A DNA stretch of 64,000 nucleotides from Rhodoferax sp. (GCA_029865845.1 JARXAM010000072.1:14038-78037), one strand, 5' to 3'. Counted from the first letter of the stretch, positions 27,923-38,342 are shown. The notes: a model not told the origin generated them from the letters alone. Made by a program: numbers and translations.

Positions 27923-29524
27923 TTAACGAAGACGCAGCGCCACGTTGGCTTCGTCCGGCCCCCAAGTCACGGGTGTGTCTTGCACCTCGATTTTGAACAC
28001 CGACACCGCCTGCGCGAGTTGCGCCGCCTGCTCACGCAGGCTTTCGGCGGCAGCGGCACTCTCCTCCACCAGCGCGGCGTTTTGCTGGGTCATGCGATCC
28101 AACTGAGAGACGGCTTGGTTCACCTCCACAATTCCCGCGCTCTGCTCGCTGGAAGCCGCCGTGATCTCCTGAATCACTTGGGCCACACGCCGCACGCTCA
28201 ACATGATGTCTTGCATGGTGGTGCCCGCGACATTCACCAGGTGGGTGCCGGACTCCACCTTTTCTACCGATGACGTGATTAGCGCCTTGATCTCACGGGC
28301 CGCCTCTGCACTGCGCCCCGCAAGCGAGCGCACTTCGGAGGCCACCACGGCAAAGCCCCGGCCTTGCTCCCCTGCGCGCGCTGCCTCGACGGCAGCATTG
28401 AGCGCGAGAATGTTGGTCTGAAAGGCTATGCCATCGATCACGCTGATGATGTCGGCGATCCGCTTGCTGCTGCCATCGATCTCTTGCATCGTATGGACGA
28501 CCCGTGTGACCACCTCGCTACCCTGCTTCGCCACCTGCGACGCTTGCGCTGCCAGCGAACCTGCCTGCTGTGCGCTCTCTGAACTCATGCGCACGCCGTG
28601 GGTCAGGCTGTCCATGCTCGATGCAGTAGAGGCCAGGTTGCTGGAGGCAGCCTCGGTGCGGCGCGCCAAATCGTTGTTGCCGGCCGCAATCTCTGTGCTG
28701 GCCGTCGCAATGCTGTCGGTGCTCTGGCGTACGCGCGAAACCATATGCAATAAGGCGCGATTCATCGCCGCCAAGGAGCGCATCAGGTCACCAAACTCAT
28801 CCGTACGTGTCTCATCGACCACCGCGCTCAAGTCGCCCTGTGCGATGCGTGTGGCCAGGCCATTGGCCTGCGCCAGCGGCTGCTGAATGGATCGAATCAA
28901 AAATGCTGCACCCACCATCACGCCCGAGATAGCGAGAGCCAGGCCCCCGATCGACCACGCGATCAACTGACGCCCCTGCGCATCAAAGTCTTCGCGCAGC
29001 GTCTGACTCGCACTGTCTTGCATGGCCACGAATGCTTCATGTGCTTTTTGCAAAGCCAAGAGTGCTGGGCGGTATTGGGTTTCCAGAAACGCAGGCATTT
29101 CTGCAGGCTTGGTCACTTTGAGCAGAGCGGTTTGGCTGGTCAGGTCTTGCAAAACACGCCGCAAGTCACCCACTTTGGCCAGTTGCTGCTGTTGCGCTTC
29201 GTTCAAGCCACTTTGCAACAACAGCTTTTGCAGCTCGTCGATGCGGGCGTTGCCACTGCTGATTTCATCTTTGAACGCGCGCGCCACCCCCGCGTCGGTA
29301 GACACCACCACCGCATACGCGCGTGTGGCGTTGGCGTCTTCCAGCAGGGCGAGCTGGTTGGCATACGTGATCTGGACGCCCATTTTTTCATTGGCGGCGC
29401 TAAATGCGTCGCGGGTCACACGCGACTGCATGGCCGTCCACGCGATGATGAGAACCAGGGACAAAACCATCAATGCCATGGCGGACCACAATTTGGTCGC
29501 CAAACGCATGTTCGCGATGTGCAT
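27923..29524 (-). CDS. Methyl-accepting chemotaxis protein
   Basis: Two TM helices, HAMP (DEFGDL), [30 protein letters not shown]; GGAG RBS favours 29524 (alternative 29536). Confidence 0.95.
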   Translation of the reverse strand: MHIANMRLATKLWSAMALMVLSLVLIIAWTAMQSRVTRDAFSAANEKMGVQITYANQLALLEDANATRAYAVVVSTDAGVARAFKDEISSGNARIDELQKLLLQSGLNEAQQQQLAKVGDLRRVLQDLTSQTALLKVTKPAEMPAFLETQYRPALLALQKAHEAFVAMQDSASQTLREDFDAQGRQLIAWSIGGLALAISGVMVGAAFLIRSIQQPLAQANGLATRIAQGDLSAVVDETRTDEFGDLMRSLAAMNRALLHMVSRVRQSTDSIATASTEIAAGNNDLARRTEAASSNLASTASSMDSLTHGVRMSSESAQQAGSLAAQASQVAKQGSEVVTRVVHTMQEIDGSSKRIADIISVIDGIAFQTNILALNAAVEAARAGEQGRGFAVVASEVRSLAGRSAEAAREIKALITSSVEKVESGTHLVNVAGTTMQDIMLSVRRVAQVIQEITAASSEQSAGIVEVNQAVSQLDRMTQQNAALVEESAAAAESLREQAAQLAQAVSVFKIEVQDTPVTWGPDEANVALRLR

Positions 29525-29596
29525 TCCAATCTCCATTAATTTTTCATTAATTTTATAGAGGGGTTGGAGAAATCCAAACTGCGAACAACTTGGGAT

Positions 29597-30115
29597 TTAC
29601 CCTGCTTGCGTGTTTATCACATCCATCGAGGTCGGGCCCGGTGGCCCAACACGCCAAATTACTTGGCTGCGCACCGCGGCCAAACAAGCATCGGGAACCA
29701 GGTCAGGCCGCAGTTGCGCCAAGGGCACAAGGACAAAGGCACGCGCCCACATGCGCGGGTGGGGCACGGTGAGTGCGGCACTGCAGATACGCCCTGCACC
29801 GAAGAGCAGCAGATCAAGGTCCAGTGTTCTGGGCGCATTCGGATAAGGGCGCTCACGCCCTGCGCGCTGCTCTTGATGCAGTAAGGCTGCAAGCAATGCG
29901 GGAGCGCTGAGGGTGGTGCTTATCTCGGCCACCGCGTTGACATAGTCGGGCCCTGTGGCATCCACCGGGGCACTGCCATACCAAGCCGATACGCGTAACA
30001 ACCCCAATCCAGGCAGCGCCTGCAGGTCAGTCAGTGCGCGGCGCAGGGTGGCCACCGGGTCGCCCAGGTTGGCGCCCAGCCCCACATAGGCCTGGACGGG
30101 ATCGCGCACCGCCAT
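29597..30115 (-). CDS. folK: 2-amino-4-hydroxy-6-hydroxymethyldihydropteridine diphosphokinase
   Basis: YVGLGANLG, YVNAV, PRTLDLDLL, VPHPRM, RAFVL. Confidence 0.95.
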   Translation of the reverse strand: MAVRDPVQAYVGLGANLGDPVATLRRALTDLQALPGLGLLRVSAWYGSAPVDATGPDYVNAVAEISTTLSAPALLAALLHQEQRAGRERPYPNAPRTLDLDLLLFGAGRICSAALTVPHPRMWARAFVLVPLAQLRPDLVPDACLAAVRSQVIWRVGPPGPTSMDVINTQAG

Positions 30116-30118
30116 GGC

Positions 30119-31693
30119 TTAAGTGCCAGCGTCAGCCGCACCCGCGTCACCACGCGCCGCACCGCCACGGCGGCGGCGGCGCTTGCGTGGTGCGTCGCTA
30201 GGGGTGCGTGCCGCGTCTTGCTCAGGCAGATCGGTGCCACCTGAGCCGCTACCCCGCGCGGACTGCGCCACACCCACCGGTTTGGAGCCACGTCCACCCT
30301 TGGGCGCGAGCTTGCGTTGCTGCTGTTGTTCGGCGCGCACTTGGTCCACCATGTCCTGGCGCACCTCTTCAGTGGCTACGCTGAATTCCTGCCACCAGTC
30401 CGCAAGGGATTCATCGATTTCCCCCGCATCCGCACGCAGGCGCATGAAGTCAAACGATGCGCGAAAACGCGGCTGCTCCACCATGCCAAACGGGGTGCTT
30501 CCCACGCGTTTGTCAAAGCGCGGCTGCATCAGCCAGATTTCTCGCATGTCGCCGGCCAATTTGCCGCGCCCGGAAACGTCGCCGATTCGGGCGTTGAAGA
30601 CGTCTTCAATGGCGTCTTGCAAGGCCGGGTGACTGTGCTGGCCACCCTGCAGGCGCTGCGCCCACCCGTCACGCACATCGGCCCACAGCACGCACGCCAA
30701 CAAGAAGCTGGGGGCCACGGGTTTGCCCTCACCGACACGGCGGTCGGTGTCGTGGAGTGCACGAGAGACAAAAGGCTGCTCTGCGCGCTCTACCGCGACG
30801 TCCAGCAAGGGGTAAATGCCGGTAGCCAAGCCCAGCGCCTTGAGTTGCGCCACCGAGGCGAGTGCATGGCCGGTTTGCAACAACTTGAGCATTTCGTCGA
30901 ACAAGCGGCTCTGCGGCACATCATGCAACAAGCGTTGGCTCTTGACCAAGGGAGCCGCCGTTTTGGACTCCAACTTGAAGCCCAGCGGACTCAGCTTGGC
31001 CGCGAAACGCACTGCACGGATGATGCGCACCGGGTCTTCACGGTAGCGGGTGGCGGCATCACCAATCATGCGCAAGGTGCGGCTCTTGGAGTCTTTGAGG
31101 CCATTGTGGTAGTCGACCACAATCTGAGTTTCGGGGTCGTAGTACATGGCGTTGATGGTGAAGTCGCGGCGCACCGCGTCTTCTTCTTGCGGTCCCCAGA
31201 CGTTGTCACGCAAAACGCGGCCGGTACTATCCACTGCATGCTTCAGGTGGGCCAGCTCGCTCTTGCTGGTGCGCTCGTTACCCGCGACCTGCTCTGCAGC
31301 AGCGTTGTCCAGGTAGGCACGGAAAGTGGAGACCTCAATCACCTCATGCTCACGCCCACGGCCATACACCACGTGCACGATGCGAAAACGCCGACCGATG
31401 ATGAAGGCACGACGAAAAAGTCCCTTGACCTGCTCGGGTGTGGCGTTGGTCGCCACATCAAAGTCCTTGGGGCGCAAACCCACCAACAAGTCGCGCACTG
31501 CGCCGCCCACCACATAGGCTTCATAACCGGCTTGCTGGAGCGTACGCACCACGTTGATGGCCCGCTCATCCACCAGACTGGGGTCAATGCCATGCACTGA
31601 CACGGGAATCTCCACGCGCTTGCCGAACTGGAGCTTTTTGCTGGGACTTGCAGAGCTTTTGCCCAGCAATTTGTCGATAAATTTTTTGATCAA
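30119..31693 (-). CDS. pcnB: Poly(A) polymerase I
   Basis: VGGAVRDLL, KDFD, IIGRRFRIVHV (PAP signature), RRDFTINA, EDPVR; Arg-rich tail; TTG start inferred. Confidence 0.93.
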   Translation of the reverse strand: MIKKFIDKLLGKSSASPSKKLQFGKRVEIPVSVHGIDPSLVDERAINVVRTLQQAGYEAYVVGGAVRDLLVGLRPKDFDVATNATPEQVKGLFRRAFIIGRRFRIVHVVYGRGREHEVIEVSTFRAYLDNAAAEQVAGNERTSKSELAHLKHAVDSTGRVLRDNVWGPQEEDAVRRDFTINAMYYDPETQIVVDYHNGLKDSKSRTLRMIGDAATRYREDPVRIIRAVRFAAKLSPLGFKLESKTAAPLVKSQRLLHDVPQSRLFDEMLKLLQTGHALASVAQLKALGLATGIYPLLDVAVERAEQPFVSRALHDTDRRVGEGKPVAPSFLLACVLWADVRDGWAQRLQGGQHSHPALQDAIEDVFNARIGDVSGRGKLAGDMREIWLMQPRFDKRVGSTPFGMVEQPRFRASFDFMRLRADAGEIDESLADWWQEFSVATEEVRQDMVDQVRAEQQQQRKLAPKGGRGSKPVGVAQSARGSGSGGTDLPEQDAARTPSDAPRKRRRRRGGAARGDAGAADAGT

Positions 31694-31723
31694 GTTGTGG
31701 TTCCTAGCGGTCCTGCCCAAGGG

Positions 31724-32410
31724 TCAGGAGAAGAGCTCGAGTATGCGCCATCCCCGCTGCTCGGCCAGTGCGCGCAAGCTCGGGTCGGGGTTGGTGGCCA
31801 CGGCCACGTTGGCCTTTTCCAGCAGGGGGACATCGTTGATGGAGTCTGAATAAAACGTGGTGTGCACCGTATCCCAATCCAGGCCCCGCTCTGCCAGCCA
31901 TTGCTGTACGCGTGTGACCTTGCCTTCGCGGAAGGATGGTATGCCCGCAATTTCGCCCGTGTACCACCCAGTGCCTCCGGGCGCATCGTCCGTCTCCAAG
32001 TCTAGGGCGATCAAGTGCTCCACCCCAAAGGCGGTGGCGATGGGGCGGGTCACAAAGGCATTGGTGGCGGTGACGATGATGACCGTGTCGCCCGCCGCTT
32101 GGTGGTCCCGCACCAACTTCAAGGCCTGGGTGGTGATGGCGGAGTGCATGACCTCACGCATGAAATCTGCCTGGGCAGCGCGCGCGCGCTGCTCCCCCTG
32201 CCGCACCACGGTCGCCGTCGCAAAGCGGCAATAGGCGCGGATATCCAAGGTGCCTGCGCGGTACTGCTCGTAAAACTCGAGGTTTCTTTGCTTGAAGGTT
32301 TCGGGGTCCGTCCACCCCAATGCGGCGGTGAATTGGCCCCAGGTGAAATCGGAATCCAGGGGAATCAGGGTGTGGTCGAGGTCAAACAGCGCAAATTTTG
32401 TGAGAGTCAT
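31724..32410 (-). CDS. HAD-IB family hydrolase
   Basis: FDLDHTL, VTAT, GK, YSDSINDVPLL, NPD. Confidence 0.92.
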   Translation of the reverse strand: MTLTKFALFDLDHTLIPLDSDFTWGQFTAALGWTDPETFKQRNLEFYEQYRAGTLDIRAYCRFATATVVRQGEQRARAAQADFMREVMHSAITTQALKLVRDHQAAGDTVIIVTATNAFVTRPIATAFGVEHLIALDLETDDAPGGTGWYTGEIAGIPSFREGKVTRVQQWLAERGLDWDTVHTTFYSDSINDVPLLEKANVAVATNPDPSLRALAEQRGWRILELFS

Positions 32411-33090
32411 GTGTTTTCCAGCATGGATTTGATGAGGGGAATCGTGATGGCGCGCCGGGTTTGCAGTGCGTAGCCATCCATGTGGTCCAGCAACTCCATC
32501 AAGCTACCAAGATCACGGCTGAAGCGATGCCACATGAAATCCATGACTTCATCACTCAGGAACACACCGCGTGCGTCGGCCTCTTGGCGTAGCACACTGC
32601 GGCCTTCTTGTTCATTGAGTCGATGAAGTTGGAATACATGCCCCCACCCCAGACGTGTACGCAAATCTTCCCGAAGGTCCAAGTGCGCCGGCGCGGCCTG
32701 GCCCGCTGCCAACACCGGCTTGCAATGCGTTTGGGCGTTGACAAACCAGTTAAATGCCAAGTGTTGCTGCTCGGCGGAATACAGGTGGACGTCGTCCAAC
32801 ACCACCGCGGCCCAGCCGTCGTCAAAGTCGCCCGGCATCTCCCGCGGTGACAACCATCCCACGCGCGCACCGTGTTCACGCAGGCCCTCGCGCGCAGCCT
32901 TCAACAAATGGGTCTTGCCACTGCCCTGTGCGCCCCACAAGTAGGTAGGCACAGGTGGCTTGCCTGCGTGCGAGTCGGCATGTTGGATCCAGCTCGCCAT
33001 GTGGTGGTGCGCCGCCACATTGGGGCCTGCATAAAAATTGGCCAATGAAGGGCCGGTGGACAAACCGATGTCCAACGCGATTTGCTTCAT
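32407..33090 (-). CDS. hda: DnaA regulatory inactivator Hda
   Basis: N-terminal clamp-binding QIALDI, GSGKTHLL, LDDV, DLRTRL. Confidence 0.93.
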   Translation of the reverse strand: MKQIALDIGLSTGPSLANFYAGPNVAAHHHMASWIQHADSHAGKPPVPTYLWGAQGSGKTHLLKAAREGLREHGARVGWLSPREMPGDFDDGWAAVVLDDVHLYSAEQQHLAFNWFVNAQTHCKPVLAAGQAAPAHLDLREDLRTRLGWGHVFQLHRLNEQEGRSVLRQEADARGVFLSDEVMDFMWHRFSRDLGSLMELLDHMDGYALQTRRAITIPLIKSMLENT

Positions 33091-33096
33091 AGAAAA

Positions 33097-34179
33097 CTAA
33101 CCCAAATACAGCTGACTGGCCATGTATCCGGTGCGTATGCGCCGCATTGCGACCAACAGCACTGCACTGGCTGGCAATGCCACCAACACACCCACGAATC
33201 CAAACAGTTGGCCAAACGCAAGCAAAGCAAAAATGACGGCTAAGGGGTGCAGCCCAATCCGCTCTCCCACCAGCCTGGGTGTGAGCACAAAGCTTTCCAC
33301 CACCTGCCCCAACCCGTAGACCACGGCCACCATCGCCAATGGATAAGCAATGCCGTGGGAGCCTGAAAACTCCAGCAAGCCCGCAAACAGCGCCAATACC
33401 AAGCCCACCCCAAATCCCAAGTAGGGTACAAAAATGGCCATCCCCGTAAACACCCCAATGGGCAGGGCCAAATCCAGTCCGAACAGCGCTAAACCCATCG
33501 AGTAGGCAACCGCCAGAATCAGCATCACCAGCAGTTGTCCACGCAGATACTGACCGAGCACTTGATCCGCTTCGCTTAAAAAAGCATCCGTCGGGGCACG
33601 CATCCGTGGGGGCACGAGCGCGCGCAACTGGCCCATAAAACGGCTCCAATCCATCAACAGGTAAAACAAAGCCACCGGAATCAAGATGGCATTCCCAATC
33701 ACGGCCAACGCAACGCTCCCGCCCAACTTGACTGATGCCAGCACAGAGCCGAGGGTGTCTTCGACATTGGCGTTCATGTACTGCATCACAAACGCCTTGA
33801 TGCTGCCAACGTCGAACTGCAATTGGATTCCCCACTGCGCAAACAAGGGCTTGAGTGCGGCGTTGAAGCCGTCGAGCAGCACCGGAACTTGCGCCCGCAT
33901 CAGGGGAATTTCACTCGCAAGAATCGGCACGATCAGCAGCAGCAGACCCAGTATCACCAGCAGCGCCAGCAACTCCACCACGAGCACTGCGACAACACGC
34001 GGAATACGCCCCTGCCCCACCGAATCCAGCCAATTCACCACTGGTGTCAACGCGTAGGCCAATACTGCAGCCACGGCAAAAGGGGCCAGTACAGGCGCGA
34101 GTAGCCACAGGCCAAGCACGGCGCACAGCGCCAAAGAAGCCCAGGCGATGAATCTTTTTTGGGTGGGGGTCAGTTGCAT
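33097..34179 (-). CDS. AI-2E family transporter (PerM-like)
   Basis: Multi-TM; [32 protein letters not shown]. Confidence 0.9.
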   Translation of the reverse strand: MQLTPTQKRFIAWASLALCAVLGLWLLAPVLAPFAVAAVLAYALTPVVNWLDSVGQGRIPRVVAVLVVELLALLVILGLLLLIVPILASEIPLMRAQVPVLLDGFNAALKPLFAQWGIQLQFDVGSIKAFVMQYMNANVEDTLGSVLASVKLGGSVALAVIGNAILIPVALFYLLMDWSRFMGQLRALVPPRMRAPTDAFLSEADQVLGQYLRGQLLVMLILAVAYSMGLALFGLDLALPIGVFTGMAIFVPYLGFGVGLVLALFAGLLEFSGSHGIAYPLAMVAVVYGLGQVVESFVLTPRLVGERIGLHPLAVIFALLAFGQLFGFVGVLVALPASAVLLVAMRRIRTGYMASQLYLG

Positions 34180-34261
34180 TAAAAATGAAAGGGGCAAACC
34201 CTTAAAATCAGCGCAAATTCTATCGGGGTCTGCATTCGCCGTTCCCCAAAAGTTACTCCAC

Positions 34262-35311
34262 ATGACTCAAACCACTGCTACCCCCCCCCTTTCGTATAAA
34301 GATGCTGGCGTTGATATCGTTGCGGGGGACGCGCTCGTAGAACGCATCAAGCCTCTGGCCAAGAAGACCATGCGGGAGGGCGTGCTGGCTGGCATCGGTG
34401 GCTTCGGTGCATTGTTTGAAGTGCCCAAGCGGTACAAAGAACCTGTGCTAGTCAGTGGCACGGACGGCGTCGGAACCAAGCTCAAGCTTGCCTTCGAGTG
34501 GAATATGCATGACACCGTAGGCATAGACTTGGTTGCCATGAGCGTGAATGATGTGCTGGTACAGGGTGCAGAGCCGCTGTTTTTTTTAGATTACTTTGCC
34601 TGCGGCAAACTTGATGTGGACACCGCTGCCGCTGTTGTCGGTGGTATCGCCAAGGGCTGCGAACTCTCTGGGTGTGCACTGATAGGCGGGGAAACGGCGG
34701 AGATGCCCGGCATGTACCCGGCCGGTGAATACGATTTGGCGGGATTTGCTGTCGGTGCAGTCGAAAAAAGCAAAATCCTCAATGGCGCGACGGTGCAAGT
34801 GGGCGATACGGTGCTTGGTTTGGCATCGTCCGGTGTGCACTCCAATGGCTTCAGCTTGGTGCGCAAATGCATTGATCGCGCGACCAGCGCTGGGACTCTG
34901 CCCGCGACACTGGATGGCAAGCCCTTCAAACACGCCATCATGGAGCCCACTCGCTTGTACGTAAAAAGCGTGCTCGCCGCACTGTCTGCCCATCCCGTCA
35001 AGGCGCTCGCCCATATCACGGGCGGCGGCCTGCTAGAGAACATTCCCCGCGTGCTTCCACCAGGCATGGCAGCCCATTTGGTGAAACGCAGCTGGCCACA
35101 GTCGGAACTGTTTGCATGGTTGCAAAACACGGCAGGCATTGACGACACAGAAATGAACCGGACCTTCAACCACGGCATCGGCATGGTTGTCGTGGTCGAC
35201 ACAGAGCACGCAGAGGCCACCGCACATACCCTCCGCGCTGCCGGTGAGACGGTGTATGCCATAGGCACGATCGCCCCCCAAGGCGACGGCCACCCCGTGG
35301 TGGTGGCATAG
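34262..35311 (+). CDS. purM: Phosphoribosylformylglycinamidine cyclo-ligase
   Basis: [34 protein letters not shown]. Confidence 0.97.
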   Translation: MTQTTATPPLSYKDAGVDIVAGDALVERIKPLAKKTMREGVLAGIGGFGALFEVPKRYKEPVLVSGTDGVGTKLKLAFEWNMHDTVGIDLVAMSVNDVLVQGAEPLFFLDYFACGKLDVDTAAAVVGGIAKGCELSGCALIGGETAEMPGMYPAGEYDLAGFAVGAVEKSKILNGATVQVGDTVLGLASSGVHSNGFSLVRKCIDRATSAGTLPATLDGKPFKHAIMEPTRLYVKSVLAALSAHPVKALAHITGGGLLENIPRVLPPGMAAHLVKRSWPQSELFAWLQNTAGIDDTEMNRTFNHGIGMVVVVDTEHAEATAHTLRAAGETVYAIGTIAPQGDGHPVVVA

Positions 35312-35434
35312 CCACTCTGGCTGCCACATGCATCGGGCACAGATTGACAGAGATCTGCGCCCTTCGAAAACCTTACGGCTGCAGGCGAAACCGCAAAGTT
35401 CGCTAAATTCAGCGCCCGGCAACAAGCGCGGGCG

Positions 35435-35902
35435 CTACAAGGTGGCGAGATGCCGGAACCCACCGACCAAGCACCAACGCGTGCTGTGGGCGACGCTGCC
35501 CGTGCCGACTTTGCGATACAAAAAAGCTTTGTGCGCACTGAGCGAAAAGCCAGCTTCAGCAAAGCACTCGTCACAAAACGTTACCCAAACCTTCGTCCCC
35601 GGAAACTCCACATCCGCAAAGTGATCCCCCGCCGATACACGCCGATGGCACATGGAGCACTCGCTGTCTCCAATATGCATGGAACTCATCGCGGACAAGA
35701 ATTGGGTTTCATATTGACTTTCAAAAAATGAAAACAACATGGAATCCATTCCTTGAGGAGACATGTCGCGGGACGTGCCCGAAGAGGCACCTTGCCTCAA
35801 TGGAGCCACACGCGTTACATAGTCCAAGAAGGTGGTGGTTTGCGTAGTATCCGGTTCGCTTGTCACCCCTAACTGCCGAACGTACGCATTGACCTCATTC
35901 AT
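35435..35902 (-). CDS. Hypothetical protein with C-terminal CxxC-x24-CxxC (putative Zn-binding) domain
   Basis: 155-aa ORF fills the gap; CSMC...CDEC; G-rich RBS; no signal peptide. Confidence 0.6.
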   Translation of the reverse strand: MNEVNAYVRQLGVTSEPDTTQTTTFLDYVTRVAPLRQGASSGTSRDMSPQGMDSMLFSFFESQYETQFLSAMSSMHIGDSECSMCHRRVSAGDHFADVEFPGTKVWVTFCDECFAEAGFSLSAHKAFLYRKVGTGSVAHSTRWCLVGGFRHLATL

Positions 35903-35944
35903 CTTGCCCCCCGTGCTTTAGCTCCATTGTTGGGCAATGTCTGT

Positions 35945-35966
35945 AACATTGTGTAATAACAATGTT
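35945..35966. promoter_or_regulatory. Operator-like palindrome
   Basis: AACATTGT-N6-ACAATGTT perfect 8-bp inverted repeat, 43-64 nt upstream of the orphan start. Confidence 0.5.
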
Positions 35967-36181
35967 TTTTTCAATACAAAATATGCAATTAAAGTAAATA
36001 TAACTAAAAATTGATATTTTGATAATTTATCCGATCGAATTATTTAAAAGTCTTGCAGAATACAGGCGCAATGGTTTACAGACACCGCTCCCCCACCATG
36101 GCATAGCATGTATGTCACATGCACGCTTCATGAGGACTGGCAACACAATTCGCCCAAACGCAAAACACTGGCAAAAAGAAT

Positions 36182-37039
36182 TCACGCCCTCGCTTCCAGT
36201 GCCTTGGCAGGCATACTGGTCAAGGACCTGGGGCCACAAACATACTCTATTTCAAATTCAGTACACGCCTCTAACTCATCAAGTGCGGAATGATTCACAA
36301 AATCCTGAAAGTGATAATCATTTTTCCGAACTTTTTTTAGAAGTCCCAGCCAGGCATTAATCTTCAGGAATTCTATTTTTCCGTAATAGACGCGCAAAAA
36401 ACCCGCACTCATTAAATGCTGAACAAACCCACTAAATACAGCCCTTGATACACCACAAAAACTGGCGACAAAGTTCTGTTTTCCGTAAATGGAGATAGCT
36501 TGCGACTCCAGCGCACTATGGTTAACACCCGACAAGTTAGCGATGATCGATTCAACAAGGAATGCTAAGGACAATGTCACTTTGTGTTGAGCACTTCCAA
36601 CTTTGTAGACGGCGATCAGTTCACCAGATCGGCATTCGCGTTTGGCCAACGATCTGCATATCCATTTTGCAAATGAAACCTCTGAATGAAATAGTTTTTG
36701 AAAAAATGAAACCGGAAGTGCGTAGGCCACCACGTCCGAAAAACACACATAGTCGGCATTGCAGGGTGTCTTTGAAATCAAATATTCTTCACCGACCCAC
36801 GAACCCGTCGGGAAAATTTGATTGACTGAAAATCCGTTGCCATCCAGACACACCCCCGACCCGATGGTGCCGTTCATCAAAAAAAACCAAAGATTAACTT
36901 CTTGCCCACGGCGATATATGCACTCCCCCTCTTCGAAGGAGCGGACACGCACCTCGTACGAGATTTGCAATGCCGCCGTTTCCGACAAGCCTGTTTTGCG
37001 CAGCTGGGAAACGATTTGGTTGCGATGGATGGCTAACAA
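36182..37039 (-). CDS. Crp/Fnr family transcriptional regulator (divergent)
   Basis: cNMP-binding beta-barrel pattern (FEEGECIYRRGQ, GSWVGE) plus C-terminal HTH (QNFVASFCGVSR) and YGKIEF wing; GGAGG RBS before TTG. Confidence 0.8.
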   Translation of the reverse strand: MLAIHRNQIVSQLRKTGLSETAALQISYEVRVRSFEEGECIYRRGQEVNLWFFLMNGTIGSGVCLDGNGFSVNQIFPTGSWVGEEYLISKTPCNADYVCFSDVVAYALPVSFFQKLFHSEVSFAKWICRSLAKRECRSGELIAVYKVGSAQHKVTLSLAFLVESIIANLSGVNHSALESQAISIYGKQNFVASFCGVSRAVFSGFVQHLMSAGFLRVYYGKIEFLKINAWLGLLKKVRKNDYHFQDFVNHSALDELEACTEFEIEYVCGPRSLTSMPAKALEARA

Positions 37040-37229
37040 GTTCTTCCTCCCTGTGAATCATGCTTTTAACAATTGTTTTGTTCTTATAATTGTAATTATC
37101 AATCAAAAGCTTACTTTAACTACCGATTATTTGTTTTTTGTCGAACAAATTTTTACAATTTGGTTCTCGCTAAAAGTTTTCATGGCTTTTTCAAAAGTAT
37201 GTTGCTCCCAGCCTCTCACCTTGCGCATG

Positions 37230-37280
37230 TGCCCATGACCGTGCATTGCCCCCGGTGGCCATGCACGGTCACCATGGGCA
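37230..37280. repeat. Long imperfect inverted repeat in the Crp-ParA intergenic region
   Basis: TGCCCATGACCGTGCAT ... ATGCACGGTCA(CCA)TGGGCA: 17-bp stem with one 3-nt bulge. Confidence 0.6.
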
Positions 37281-37481
37281 TCCATTGCCAGCGCCCGGGG
37301 GGCAGATCGCATGTGACGCGCTACAGCGCCCCGCCTGCAGCGGTGCCCTAAAGCAGAAGAAATGCCGGCGAATGAGGGCCTTTCTTTGCTAGAAAATTTA
37401 TAGCGAACCGCTAAGATAGGAGTTGTACTTTTTCAGCCTACCCGTCCATACTTGAACAGTACAGACTTCTAGGATCGCTTC

Positions 37482-38342
37482 ATGCCTGTGATTGCTGTGA
37501 TTAACCGAAAAGGTGGTAGCGGGAAGAGCACCTTGTCCACCCACCTCGCGTCTTGGCTTGCCAATCAGGGGATGGCGGTCATGCTGGGTGACGTGGATCG
37601 CCAGCAGTCTTCCCGTACATGGCTTCGACTCCGACCTGCGGATTTGCCCCACATTGCGGGTTGGACAGTCGACCAGAAAAACATACTCAAGGTTCCTATC
37701 GGCATCACGCACGTGGTCTTGGACACACCTGGTGGCATGCATGGCCTTGAGTTGGCAAAGGTCATCATGTCTACGGATACGGTGCTCATGCCGGTGTGCA
37801 ACTCGTTGTTCGACAAAGAGTCTGCAAGTGCGTGCCTACAAGAGCTGCGTGGCCTGCCACGGGTGGCATCGGGGCGCTGTCGCTTGGGCATCGTGGGCAT
37901 GCGTGTCGATGCGCGCACCCACGCCGCTGAGCAATTGCAAACGTGGGCCGCCGCGCACAAGGTGGAATTTGTGGGCGCACTGCGGGAAACCCAGATGTAC
38001 GTGCGCAGCCTCGATACGGGAACCACCATCTTTGATCCCCATTCGCCTCCGCAGAGCGCAGATATCGAACAATGGAAATCCATTTTGGAATGGGCCATGG
38101 ACACGGAGCGCCCGCGCGCGCCGGGGCAGGCAGAGGCTGCAGGGCGCGCACCCTTACCTCCTGCTACCACCATGCCCCCTGTGCGAAACGTTCTAACTCC
38201 GGTGCCCCGCGATGATGTGCGTGACGTACGGCCCACAGGGATCGTCCGCCCGCTCCACGGTGAACCTCGGGGACCGGTCAGCGCACCGCCCGTGTCGCAA
38301 ACGCCACCACCGCCCTTCTTGATGCGACGCCCCCTTGCGTAA
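37482..38342 (+). CDS. Orphan ParA family ATPase with Pro-rich C-terminal extension
   Basis: NRKGGSGKST, GDVDRQQS, VLDTPGG; no adjacent parB. Confidence 0.88.
   Translation: MPVIAVINRKGGSGKSTLSTHLASWLANQGMAVMLGDVDRQQSSRTWLRLRPADLPHIAGWTVDQKNILKVPIGITHVVLDTPGGMHGLELAKVIMSTDTVLMPVCNSLFDKESASACLQELRGLPRVASGRCRLGIVGMRVDARTHAAEQLQTWAAAHKVEFVGALRETQMYVRSLDTGTTIFDPHSPPQSADIEQWKSILEWAMDTERPRAPGQAEAAGRAPLPPATTMPPVRNVLTPVPRDDVRDVRPTGIVRPLHGEPRGPVSAPPVSQTPPPPFLMRRPLA

Noticed and set aside
34281-34289. C9 tract near the purM start (also G8 at 25518-25525)
   Set aside because: Both frames are intact, the tracts are short for high-GC DNA, and these are not typical phase-variable genes
35644-35662. CxxCH (CSMCH) as a c-type cytochrome motif
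   Set aside because: No Sec signal or TM anchor, and a second CxxC points to a Zn site
36894-37351. Short ORFs in the AT-rich region upstream of the Crp gene
   Set aside because: No RBS or motif support; better explained as promoter DNA or overlap with the Crp gene
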